DNA of 64,000 nt from Octopus sinensis. Lineage: Eukaryota. Each line of letters opens with the position of its first letter. Position 1 is the stretch's first letter. The translations under genes and the position numbers were made by a program. A model generated the notes under the pieces. The model made no database searches and was not told the origin of the DNA. It worked only from the letters and a program-made list of their open reading frames with translations. This document shows positions 13,196 through 24,850 of this stretch, piece by piece. Where the stretch lies: contig NC_042998.1 in assembly GCF_006345805.1 (NCBI RefSeq), positions 30,938,001 to 31,002,000 on the forward strand, read 5' to 3'.

Positions 13196-14430
13196 TCATC
13201 ATCATCATAGTTTAACACCTTTCCATGCTGGCATGGGCTGGACGGTTCGACTGGGGTCTGGGAAGCCAGGAGGCTGCACCAGGCTCCAGTTTGATCTGGC
13301 TGTGTGCCTACAGCTGGATGCCCCTCCTAACGCCGACCACTCCGTGTGCCACCGGCACAGGGGCCAGAGGAGGCTGGAACGGCCACGATCGGTTGGTGCT
13401 TTTTATGTGCCACTGGTACGGAAGCTAGTCAACGCGGCGCTGGCATCAGCCATGTTCGGATGGTGCTTTTTACGTGCCGCCGGCAGGGGTATCACAACTA
13501 CAATTTCCATTTGATTTTTATTTTGATGTTGATGTTGAATCAATAGGTTTCTTCAAGCACAGCAGGTCGCCCTACGATCCAAGGTACTTATGAATGGCTG
13601 GGGTTGGTTATGCGAAACTGGTGTAGGATACAGCCGTGAACTTTATTTGCCGGGTCTTCGCAGTCCAGATGTCTCGGCCTTTCATCATTGCCTCTGTGAG
13701 GCCCAACTTTCGAAGGTCATGCTTCACTACCTCATCCCATGTCTTCCTGGGTCTACCTCTACCCCGGATTCCTTCAACTGTTTGGGAGTGGCACTTCTTC
13801 ACACAACTCTCCTCATCCATCCGTAGTACCTGACCATACCAACGCAAACGTCTCTCCTGCACGCCACATCCGATGCTTCTTATATCCAACATTTCTGAGA
13901 GCGCTTACACTCTGTCGTGTGTGCACACTGACATTACACATCCAGCGGATTATGCTAGCTTCATTTCTTTCGAGCCTAAGCATGTCCTCCGCAGTCACAG
14001 CCCATGTTCCACTGCCGTGAAGCATGGCAGTTCGCACACATGCATCGTACAGTCTACCTTTCAATCTGAGCGAGAGACTCTTTGTCACCAGTAGAGGTAG
14101 AAGCTTTCTAAACTTTGTCCAGGCTATTCTTATTCAAGTGGTAACTCTCAGAGCATCGACCCCCATTACCAACTTGGTCACCTAGATAGCGGATGTTATC
14201 AACTGACTTTAGTTTCTCCCCACTGGAGTGTGATGAAATCTATTTTCTGAGCATCTGTGGTGTTTATTGCCCCTATGCATCTGCCGCACACGAAAGCTAT
14301 CTGCCCGGTTAATCTTCCTTTAATGTTGCTGCACCACTTATGTGTCCATAGCTTACACTGAGTACATCTTATGGAGCATGTGTAGACATGCTCATGTGTT
14401 TCTCACGTGGTATCAACCGCAGAATAGTTT
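13196..14430 (-). mobile_element. RTE-clade LINE 3' end with structured 3' UTR and (GAT)n tail
   Basis: KGRLYDACVRTAMLHGSGTWAV, ERRLRWYGQVLRM, RGRGRPRKTWDEVV; UTR with GTGCCGGTGGCAC hairpin units; (CAT)n at 13196. Confidence 0.9.
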
Positions 14431-14577
14431 GTTCTAATAGAATATCTCTTTTGCCGAACCACTTGGTCAGGAGGAAGTAAACACACCAACACCGGTTTTC
14501 AAGTGGTAGTGAGAGGCAAACACACATAATTGTTAGTGGTTTCCAGTAAAATGTCAGTATTCTACTGTGTATGTATG

Positions 14578-14866
<289 letters not shown>

Positions 14867-15520
14867 GGCATATCATACCATGATCAACTTTATCAAAAGC
14901 TTTTGCAAAGTCGAGGTGTATCACATCCACATTTGAGTTTTTGAGTAACTGCTTCAACACCCATAGTGCTGTAAGAGCTGGTCGAAATCCATGCTGGCTA
15001 TCACTCAGCAAGTTGTTTTCTTCAAGGAATGCGATTAGTTTCCACCGAGACTAATGTCGGCGTCACTTTCACATCATGAACGAAGTCCATATTGTTTGTG
15101 AAGCAGAGATCCAAAATGTTATTCGCCCTAGTTGGTCTAGTGCTTTTCAAACTTTTTGTTGGAGCGGAACCCCAAGGAAACATTCCACTGGCTCGAGGAA
15201 CCCCTGTGCAATAATTTAATAGTTTTATGCACACATATCTGCACAGGAGAATTAAAAATTACTGCCGATTTTAGCAGTTTTGTAACTTCTTGCGGAACCC
15301 CTGGACTGTACTGGCGGAACCCTGGTTGAAAACCACTGGGGCATAACTAACTCCACGAATAGGGAATTGGTGAGGTTGAACAGGGACTCTACGTGTGCTT
15401 GTTTGCAATGTCATTCCTGAGAGCATGAGGCCTTCGGGCCATTTGACATTGGAGAAGTTGAAATCACTCATAAGAAGTACGCTCACATGGTGTTCCAAAT
15501 TTTTTTAATTCTTGTGAGGC
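14867..15520 (-). mobile_element. Decayed, internally deleted CR1-clade LINE fragments
   Basis: LSDSQHGFRP, VDVIHLDFAKAFDKVDHG (RT); PTRANNILDLCFTN and LMSDFNF (endonuclease). Confidence 0.8.
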
Positions 15521-15699
15521 AATTTTCAAGCTTGCCTATCTGATTTTGAGCAACCGATGGGCGATATGTATCGCATATGACTATATTGTGTTGTCTTATG
15601 TATACAATTAGAGTGTCACATACTGAATTAGAGTATGGCAATAAGACTTGGGGTGTGAGGTCATCACGGATGTGTACAACAACTCCGCCATGGCTCCTT

Positions 15700-15799
15700 N
15701 NNNNNNNNNNNNNNNNNNNNNNNNNNNNNNNNNNNNNNNNNNNNNNNNNNNNNNNNNNNNNNNNNNNNNNNNNNNNNNNNNNNNNNNNNNNNNNNNNNN
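15700..15799. other. Assembly gap (100 N)
   Basis: Direct reading. Confidence 1.
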
Positions 15800-16045
15800 C
15801 ATCCTCCCTAAATACCTGAGAGACTTACATGGTGTAGATGTGGGTTTCTTTAACACTAAACTGGATCTCTTCTTGTTGGGAGTCCCCAGATGAACCTCCT
15901 CACGACAGGAGACACGGATGCGGGCAGCAGCATCGAACTCCTTGTTGATCAAGTGCCACGTATCAGAGGTGGATTCACAAACTAGTGTAGCTCATTCAGC
16001 GGTGGTGCCCCAGCATGGCCGCGGCCTTCGGGCTAAAACATTTTT
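15800..16045 (+). mobile_element. CR1-clade LINE 3' end
   Basis: [37 protein letters not shown]; tail GCGGTGGTGCCCCAGCATGGCCGCGGCCTTCGGGCTAAAACA. Confidence 0.8.
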
Positions 16046-16059
16046 AAGGATTTTTAAGG

Positions 16060-16474
16060 ATATATATTTATATATATATACATATATATATTTATATATA
16101 TATATACATATATTATTTATATATATTACATATATATATTTATATATATACATATATATATTTATATATATAACTACATATATATATTTATATATTATAC
16201 ATATATATTTTATATATATATACATATATATATTTATATATATATACATATATATATTTATATATATACATATATATATTTATATATATATACATATATA
16301 TATTTATATATATATACATATATATATTTATATATATATACATATATATATTTATATATATATACATATATATATTATATATATATACATATATATATTT
16401 ATATATATATACATATATATATTTATATATATATACATATATATATTATATATATATACTATATATATTTATAT

Positions 16475-16505
<31 letters not shown>

Positions 16506-16575
16506 ACATATATATATATTTATATATATATACATATATATATATATTTATATATTTATATATATATATATATAA
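16060..16575. repeat. AT-rich ~20-22 bp minisatellite (TATATATACATATATATATTTA)
   Basis: Direct reading; explains the spurious YI-repeat ORF 15918-16586. Confidence 0.9.
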
Positions 16576-16626
16576 TGGAGAAATAAAGTCTATTACACAT
16601 TCCATCTCCTGTTTTATTAATACTGT

Positions 16627-16666
<40 letters not shown>

Positions 16667-16669
<3 letters not shown>

Positions 16670-17158
16670 TGCCAATTGAAATAATAGACCTTGATGAATT
16701 TTTAGATTTTCTAAATAACTATTCGAGGGATTTTGGAGAAAATGTACATGATATCTGAGTACACTATTTTTGGCTTGTATACAAAATTTAGTATTTGAAG
16801 CTTTCTAGTTTTTGTATTAACTAACAATTGTCTTTTTTCATGCGAACAGAATTAATAGTTCTAATATTGATTTCAAAAGATGGGGCGTGGAAAAGATCTT
16901 ACAGAGTATGAGAGGAACCAGATTATAAAAGAAATAGGTAAAGGCAAGTCTGCACATGAAGTGGCCAAGGAACTAGGTCGTCATGTGAAAACAATTCGCA
17001 GATATTTACAAAATCGGTAAGTAGCTTGCTTACCAACCACATGGTTCTGGGTTCAGTCCCACTGCGTGGCAGCTTGGGCAAATGTCTTCTACTATAGCTT
17101 CGGGTCGACCAAAGCCTTGTGAGTGGATTTGGTAGACGGAAACTGACAGAAGCCCGTC

Positions 17159-17221
<63 letters not shown>

Positions 17222-18627
17222 GTGTGTGTGTGTGTATTTGTGTGTCTGTGATTGTCCCCCCAACATCGCTTGACAACCGATGCTGGTGTGTTTACGGCCC
17301 CGTAACTTAGTGGTTCAGCAAAAGACACCGATAGAATAAGTACTAGGCTTACAAAGTATAAACCCTGGGGTCGATTTCTTCGACTAAAGGCAGTGCTCCA
17401 GCATGGCCGTAGTCAAATGACTGAAACAAGTAAAAGAGTATTGGAATGAGCGCAGTCATAAAGGCAAGTCCCGAACAGTTACAGCGCGAGACATTTCCCA
17501 TCTGAAGCGATGCTTACTTAAAAATTCCCGGATGTACTAGTAAAGCTTTATTTGCAGATGCTGGCATTGAAAATGTCTCCAAAACAGCCAGAAATAAAAT
17601 AATTGGTAGCTTTGTGACAGAGAGAGAAGAAACCTGCGTGCAAGCTTCCGTTGATTTCCAAACAGAAAAAAAAAGCTCGGTTAGAATGGGGTAGAATGTA
17701 TATCAAGACCGATGTCAAGCATATTTTGTTTCCTGGCGAGTGCCAAGCCACGATAGATGGGTCTGACGCGGTTGAGCTATGGGAGAGGTGTTTTATGACA
17801 ACGCCGCTCACATGCGTTTGGGCCGTCAGCAAGGGGGTGGAGGAGTCATGTTTGGACTGGAATCATGGGAGACAGGTGTGAAGATTAATGTTGTCACATA
17901 CTGTAACTTTATTAGGGATGTCCTGACTGACTGGCCGGATGAGCTCCCATTATCTGAGCGTAACAAGGTTATTTTTATGCACGATAAAGCCCCACCACAT
18001 GCTACTAAGAGAGCCGAAGAGGTCCTCTCCTCATTTGGATTCAAAGGAGAAACTTTAATGAAGTGGTCAGCTTGTTCTCCAGATTTGAATCCCATCGAGA
18101 ACCTCTGGAACATCATCAAATGTGAGATCTACCAGAATGGCAAACAGTTCACATTTAAGGAAACACTTTGGAATCAATACAAGACTCTGCTAAGGCAGTC
18201 CTACCATCTACTATCGAAATACTGACTGAATCCACTAACAACTGCATTTTTGATGTCATTAAACAAAATGGTTCATACACCAAACACTAATCATAGAGTC
18301 AAAACTTCTGTGAATATGTTATTTATGTATTTTGTTGTTCAATGGTACATTTGTATCATATGAGTTATTTAAAATAATTGTTCTTGACATAGCTGGTATT
18401 TCTGTTCTTAGAAGTGATTGAAACTGTACATTCTTATACCAGGACTATTATCGCTCTACACCTGAAAAACAATTATGATAAATAATATGAAGACTAAAAC
18501 GATAAATTTTGTATGCAGACCAAAACTAGTGTACTGTACTATCATGTAAATTTTCATCAAAATCCCTCGGGTAGTTATCTAGAAAATCTAAAAAGATAAT
18601 CATGGACTATTATCTCGGTTCGCAGTG
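16667..18627 (+). mobile_element. Tc1/mariner DNA transposon, decayed transposase, interrupted by a SINE
   Basis: Imperfect TIRs CACTGCCAATTGAAATAATAGACC / GGACTATTATCTCGGTTCGCAGTG; ATG at 16880 MGRGKDLTEYERNQII..HEVAKELGRHVKTIRRYL (HTH); FMHDKAPPH and WSACSPDLNPIENLW. Confidence 0.9.
17027..17440 (+). mobile_element. SINE-1 nested in the Tc1 element
   Basis: Matches the SINE-1 consensus; interrupts the transposase after RRYLQNR. Confidence 0.9.
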
Positions 18628-18674
18628 TGTGTGTGTGAGTGTGTGTGTATACACGCACACACACACATATATAT

Positions 18675-18981
18675 AGTGGTTGTCTACTCCTTATGCAGAT
18701 TCTGACCACCTCCTTAAGTACACCTTAGAACCATCATGGTGCCTGATGTGGCTTTTTAAACAAGGCAATATTTTGAAAAGACACCCACATTGATTGCACT
18801 TCTGGTTTGGACCCCCAAGAGCTGTAGTTAAGTTCTGTTCTTTGTGGATTTTAAAATGTCTTTTGAGGCTTCCGTTTGATTTGTAGACCTTATGGCATAT
18901 ATTGCATTGAAAGGTACACACAGACATAGAGGCAGAATAGTTGGTGGGAGTTCGTTTTTCATGGGCCCGCAAATGAGATTT

Positions 18982-18986
<5 letters not shown>
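18675..18986 (-). mobile_element. 3' end of the RTE (BovB-like) family seen at 9915-11495, open frame with C2H2 fingers
   Basis: KSHLRAH..CNICHKVYKSNGSLKRHFKIH..CNQCGCLFKILPCLKSHIRHH..stop; same GGAGTAGACAACCAC-(TA)n terminus. Confidence 0.85.
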
Positions 18987-19035
<49 letters not shown>

Positions 19036-20207
19036 GTGAAATTCCGGGTTGATCATTTCTTTTTCTTGTCAAACAAACGCACGTTCTTCACTTGTTTATT
19101 GTTGTTCTTTTTTTTTATCTTATGTCCATTGTCTAGAAATCCTTCATCACATACCTGTGACCTCTTCAGCGTCTCTTCCATCCCGCGTGTCTCCTGTTCT
19201 GTTTAGTCCATTCTATCTGTCTATGGTTTATATCCTTACCGACGCATCCCTTTACGCCTGTATCAATGTGCGCATGCGTGTGTACGCGTGTTTATGTTTT
19301 GTATGTGTGTATATGGGTGTATTTACTATATTGTTTTTATCCGTGCCCTCTACATAGTCTCTTTTTATATTTTTCATTCATTTAATTATTTATCTATTTT
19401 TTTTATTTGCCTTTATTTCAAGTATGCGTGTATGTAGCTTTTGTGTATGTGTGTATATGTATCTTTTTGTGTATGTGCGTATATGGGTTTGTGTATTATA
19501 CTGTTTGTATCGTTGTCTTATTTTCTCCTTCTGTCTTCAGTCGTTGTGTTTCGTAGTGCGGTAGTGGTGGATGTAATTGTTCCATTTGTATTTTCTGTTA
19601 AGCCTCGGTCTGTCTATTACTATATGTGTAGCCTCTGTAATCTGTCTAAGTGTCGTGTCTGTTCTATGCGTTGATTACACCTTAACCTCTCTGTTATTAA
19701 CCGAGCCTCTATGTTCTTATTGAGCATATCGATAGAGCACTAACGAGCTTTTCTCCTATTTGAGTTTCCCACCAGTGTTCCCCACTCTGCTCCCCCATGC
19801 TGAGCGTAGTCTCCTCAATGTATGTTGTCATTTTGTTTGTTCACCGTCCTTCAGCACATTGTAAGTTGTAGGCTGTCTTCCACCTATTCGATCCAATGAT
19901 GGACACTCCTCGGGAACAACGATAACACAGGCGCAGTAAAAGTGGTGGCTATGAAGAGGTGCGCACTTTAATTTGAATACTACATTTTGCGTAATGGTTC
20001 CCAACCTGTGGTCCGCGGACCCATGATTGTCCGCAAAGGTAGTACTGAGGGTCTGTGAACGTGTTAAGCTGATAGACTTTACAATATCCTGGCGTCCGTA
20101 GGAAATTTCATTTAAATTAAAGGTAATACAGTTCTATATTTGAGAGCTGAAGAATTATGTACATTATTTACATTTGACGGATATTTGTCCTCATCTTGTT
20201 TATTGTT

Positions 20208-20252
20208 AACACAACGTTTCAGTTGATATACCCTCCGGCCTTCATCAGGTGT
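20208..20252 (-). ncRNA. Minimal type I hammerhead (family C) in partial copy 20125-20265
   Basis: ACAC-CTGATGA-A-GGCCGG-AGGGTATA-TCAACT-GAAA-CGTT-GTGT; stem II partly mismatched. Confidence 0.6.
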
Positions 20253-20342
20253 CTTGGGGGAAATTAAAGGCGAGCTAGTTTTTGATGGAGTTTCTCTATA
20301 TGTTTCCATTGAAGTCTAATATTGGCTCCGTACCAATTAGAT

Positions 20343-20619
20343 AATACAATTCTATATTTCAGAGATGAGGAATTATGTACATTATTTACACTATTTACAT
20401 TTGGCGGATATTTGTCCTCATCTTGTTTGTTGTTAACACAACGTTTCGGTTGATATACTCTCCAGCCATCTTCAGGTGTCCTGGTGAAATTTCGAACCTG
20501 GGTTCTCATTCATAAGGTATTTTTCAATGTCATTATTATTCAGGTCACTGCCTGGAATCAAACTCGGAATCTTGGCATTAGTAGCCCGCGCTCTTAACCA
20601 CTACGCCATATGCCCGTGG
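20343..20619 (-). mobile_element. SINE-like element: tRNA-like head + linker + hammerhead + tail (family C)
   Basis: Minus strand: GGGCATATGGCGTAGTGGTTAAGAGCGCGGGCTACTAA..GATTCCGAGTTTGATTCC (A and B boxes), then GACAC-CTGAAGA-T-GGCTGG..TCAACC-GAAA-CG-TT-GTGT, then tail ending AAATATAGAATTGTATT. Confidence 0.75.
20435..20479 (-). ncRNA. Minimal type I hammerhead (family C)
   Basis: ACAC-CTGAAGA-T-GGCTGG-AGAGTATA-TCAACC-GAAA-CGTT-GTGT. Confidence 0.7.
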
Positions 20620-22307
20620 TAGTGAAACGGTTGGGAACGACTGGTGTAGAGCGATGTGAGCAATGTGAATGACTTTTTAACATTTAGTACAAAAGAATCA
20701 ACCCCCGCCTCTGCAATACTTTTGATATAAACCTCGTATGTAGATATTTTTAAAGCAGTTCATTGATTGCCAAGTTATTTTATTTACATCACAGATTTCT
20801 GGTATGTTTTCTATTAAAATCAATATTTATATCGATTATTCTTATTTGTTTTCGATTTTACTGGTACCACTTCTTTCATATTTTTTTTAAATCTTTTACC
20901 GACCATTTTGTTTTTATCGATTATGCCATTTGACCAAACAAACATTGGCGATTTAACAGTATTTGTTTAGTTGAAAATCCAGCTGTTGTTTTATTCAATA
21001 GTTAATTCAATGCTCCAACACTCTTACAGCAATAGTCATTAATTCTATGTATAATAAAATACATATTTAATTATGAGAATTGTTAACGAAATTCCAACAA
21101 GATACATAAATACACGTCTTTTGTTTCTTTAAATATTTAACTTTATTTCTAAGTTTCGGAAGGAAAAAAACTATTGTGTTAAAGAATATGAAAAATATAT
21201 TTTAATAAGTGTTGCTTAAAGTGTAAAGATAACACAGGCTTAGATAAAAGATTGTTTCCGGTCGATTAACAACGTTTAATGATTTTGTAAACAAATATGC
21301 TACATCTGTTGAAATCAATTAAGTAGGCGTTAAGAGGGTATATATATATATACACCCGAAACTGAGACATTGTTGCCCGAGTCAGTTACTACTGCAAGGT
21401 TACATCACAGCTATATCTCTTCTGTAAAGTTGAATTGGAAAAGAAAAAAAGGGTTTCCATATCAAATGAATAAGGCTTCCACAATGCTGGCCAAATTTTG
21501 GCTGGGCATAATATGTATTTTGGGATCTTCATATTTCGCACGGTAAGAAATGTTCCATTTGCGATTAATTCTTCAAATTTATTCTTTATCATTCTTTTCA
21601 TATTTCTTGAGATAACGAAAACAGTTCTTTGAATACATTTTTAAGAATAATGGCTCGGAAGAACTGTACAATAGTTTCAAACTAGGGAAATAGTGCTGTA
21701 ATTCTCATTTTCCTGTTATTTGGTTTCACTGGTGCTACAAGTTTATTAACGGTTGCAGCATCTCTAGATTGATGATGGCGGGGCGGTTAATTTTTGTGGC
21801 ACTTTTATAAATTGGTACTGACAAGGTAAATGAAAATGGTGAAAGAGTTCCTGATAACCAAATCTCTGAAAGGAAATGATTTAGCGATGTTCCCAATTCG
21901 AGGTTTTGTTTAGATCCAAGTCAACCTCAAACAAGCAGACCTTTAATCGAAAGCATTTCAAGTTTGCTTGTCCCTACTTTTTCGTCTTTTGGACATTTAC
22001 CCCCATAATCAAATGTTTTTGTAACGTAGTCCATATATATTCTCTATATCTTAAAACAAAAGCGTGTGTGATTAGGCTGCCATTTCTAGCAGCTACTATA
22101 CTCCCTTGCAGCCCCAGAGGATATTTGTCGTGGTGCAATTTATGCCATTTTTATATTCAATATAAGAATAATTCCATTCAACATTAAAATATTAAAAGCA
22201 TATGACATAATAATTAACAAGCTTTTAGGAAATAAATTAAAAAATTATAATAAATTAGTGAATAAATTGACAATGCATGGAACGATATAACGTAAAGATC
22301 TGCCCTT

Positions 22308-22711
22308 TACTCTTTTACTTGTTTCAGTCATTTGACTGTGGCCATGATGGAGCACCGCCTTTAGTCGAACAAATCGACACCAGGACTTATTCTTTGGAAG
22401 CCTAGTACTTATTCTACCTGTCTCTTTTGCCGAACCGCTATGTTACGGGGACGTAAACACACCAGCATCGGTTATCAAGCAATGTTGGGGGAAGGGGCAA
22501 ACACAGACACAGTCACACACACACACACACACATACATATACATATATACGACAGGCTTCTTTCAGTTTCCGTTTAGCAAATCCACTCGCAAGGATTTGG
22601 TGGGCCTGATGCTATAGTAGAAGACACTTGCCCAAGGTGCCACGCAGTGGGACTGAACCCGGGACCATGTGGTTCGTAAGCAAGCTACTTACCACACAGC
22701 CACTCCTACGG
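22308..22711 (-). mobile_element. SINE-1
   Basis: Full-length match to the family. Confidence 0.9.
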
Positions 22712-23296
22712 CTGAGAATGTATTCCTTGAGAAGAATCTTTTGGTGAAAATTGCATTAAAATGTATTCGCTAGGAAAAAAGTTTCGTGACTTTATGTGAG
22801 GAAAAAGATAAGTAACTCCCAAAATCCACTTTGGATCAAAATATCTCAGCTAATATTGAAGAAAACTATGCAACCGTTATGTTCAAATGAAACACCTCTG
22901 TGAGATAAATCTTATGGTGGAAACCTCATCAAAAAATATTACCTACAAGAAACGTTATTTGTTTTTAAGTAACAAAAAACGATGATCCTTTTATTAAATC
23001 AAAATAATTTTGTCACTTTAGAGACATTTAGCGTTATGAAAGAACACAGCCAACGCGAAGGATCGCTAAGCTTAATGGTCCAGAGCGCTTAGCTGTAACT
23101 CGGGAGGTATTGGGTTTGAATATTCGTAGTAGTTTGGTGGCTAACAGTTTTTTTCCTGTCTTCCAAGGCTATTTAGCCGATCTTCTTATCTCTTTTCACA
23201 ACTCTCCAGCGTTCGACATTTCCTTTATTTTTGATGAACTATTCGTGGACAATTTCAGAAATTTATTTAGCAAATCCTAACTTCATCAGCAATATC

Positions 23297-23710
23297 TTCA
23301 GTTATTTTTTTTCTTACTCTGTACTCGTCAAAGTTTAAATTAAATGGTTGAACTTAAGAATACTCTAGCAATTTGCGTCCGCAATTTTCATTCTAGCTTA
23401 ATTGAAAGCAAAGGCGGTGATCCAGGAGAATCGTTAGCACGCCGGATAAAATGCTTAACGGCATTTCGTCCATTCTGAGTTCAAGTTCTGCCGAGGTCGA
23501 CTTTACTTTTGAAAATAAATACCAGTGACGTACTAGAGTCAGTATAATAAACTTACCTCGTCTCCCGAAGTTGCTGGCCTTGTGCCAAAATTTGAAGACA
23601 ATATCTTTTTTTGAATACCGATAATTCATTTATTATAAAATTGTTCTATTAAAATTAGACTGTTAGAATATTCTTAGCAGATTGCTAGAATATTCTTAAG
23701 TTCCACCATG
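23297..23710. repeat. 33-bp-TIR element containing a diverged SINE-2; left part duplicated at 25507-25834
   Basis: ATGGTTGAACTTAAGAATACTCTAGCAATTTGC inverted at ~23677-23710; near-identical direct copy 2.2 kb downstream. Confidence 0.7.
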
Positions 23711-24491
23711 TAATTCAGCTTGGCCAAGTACAGAACAAGCGGTAAAAATAACTTAGAATATTTCTGATAAAGTTATGATTTCCTAAATAAATTTCTGGAA
23801 TCGTTCATGAAAAGTTCCTCAGATAGTGTGGGCACTTTCTTGTGATTATATTCCTTTACTTTAAATTGCAAATTTTTATAATTTAAGTTAAAATTTTTGA
23901 TTGAAAATTTCGTTGCAAAGATACAGTTAGAGGAACTGATGCCGTTTCTATAACACCTTCCAATTAATTGGTTGGTATTTCAAATTTCTTTAGGGTTGAC
24001 TTATCAAAGACTAAAACTATTTCTTATTCTGTATGAGGCATACAGTCTATTGATGTTTTTATTTATTCCCGTGTTAAACCTGATTGAGCAGACCTATGAT
24101 CAGGACCTTTCCAGCTCGATCATTCATTTCTTTTTAAGGTTGCGACTAGAGATAAATGATTGAATATGTCATTTCTTTATTCAATATAAGGGAGATTTGA
24201 CTATTATATCCAGCAAATCAACGTTCACCTAGGATCCCACGTTAGTTCATTTATCGACACCTTCCTGGTTCGGCTGCTCTACATAGATAAAGGGCAAATA
24301 CCCTGAAACTGTCTGCAGATGCCTGACCAGGAAGGGGAAGCGGCTGGCCTCTCCTGTTCGAAGATTATAATGGACACAGGTTCGTGTGTGACATAGCTAG
24401 CTAGAGACGTTGGCCTCTTGCAGCTAATCAACGGCAGCATTCGTCCTATTTTTCTGGATTGCCATGTTAGCTTGGCGATAACTATTAATAT

Positions 24492-24793
24492 CACCGTGAT
24501 CACCGTGACCGACCAGGCTATCAGATGTTGCTACACATCGCTGGTCACAATGCGCTTCGCATTATTTTAGCCTTCAAATGACGCCACCCCGCTGGCTAAG
24601 CGAGCAGGCCAACAGACGAAAGAGTGAGAGAAAGTTGTGGCGAAAGAGTACAGCAGGGATCGCCACCATCCCCTGCCTGAGCATCGTGGAGCTTTTAGGT
24701 GTTCTCGCTCAATAAACACACACAACGCTCAGTCTGGGAATCGAAACCGCGATCCTCCGACCGCGAGTCCGCTACCCTAACCATTGCGCCTCC
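24492..24793 (-). mobile_element. SINE-3, tail variant Y, 12-bp TSD
   Basis: Same head and body as 4525; tail ends GCCTGGTCGGTCACGGTGATCACGGTGA; TSD AACTATTAATAT at 24480-24491 and 24794-24805. Confidence 0.9.
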
Positions 24794-24798
24794 AACTA

Positions 24799-24850
<52 letters not shown>

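Larger units (their letters stand above)
19992..20643. mobile_element. hAT-type MITE hosting nested hammerhead elements
   Basis: Ends TAATGGTTCCCAACC / GGTTGGGAACGACTG resemble CAGTGGTTCCCAACC TIRs; no clear TSD. Confidence 0.55.

Noticed and set aside
15918-16586. 222-aa ORF and other long YI, CV, LS or poly-L/Y ORFs (e.g. 14554-15011, 29629-29864)
   Set aside because: They are translations of micro- and minisatellites with no coding signal.
19905-19990. Degenerate hammerhead (CTATGAAGA...GAATAC) at the end of a possible Penelope-like remnant 19030-19990
   Set aside because: Both core segments are altered and the stems cannot be assigned.
21650-21790. Signal-peptide-like stretch NSAVILIFLLFGFTGATS as the gene's first exon
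   Set aside because: There is an in-frame TAG between it and the upstream ATG and no good phase-2 donor; the opposite strand weakly resembles a decayed LINE RT (VPIYK motif).
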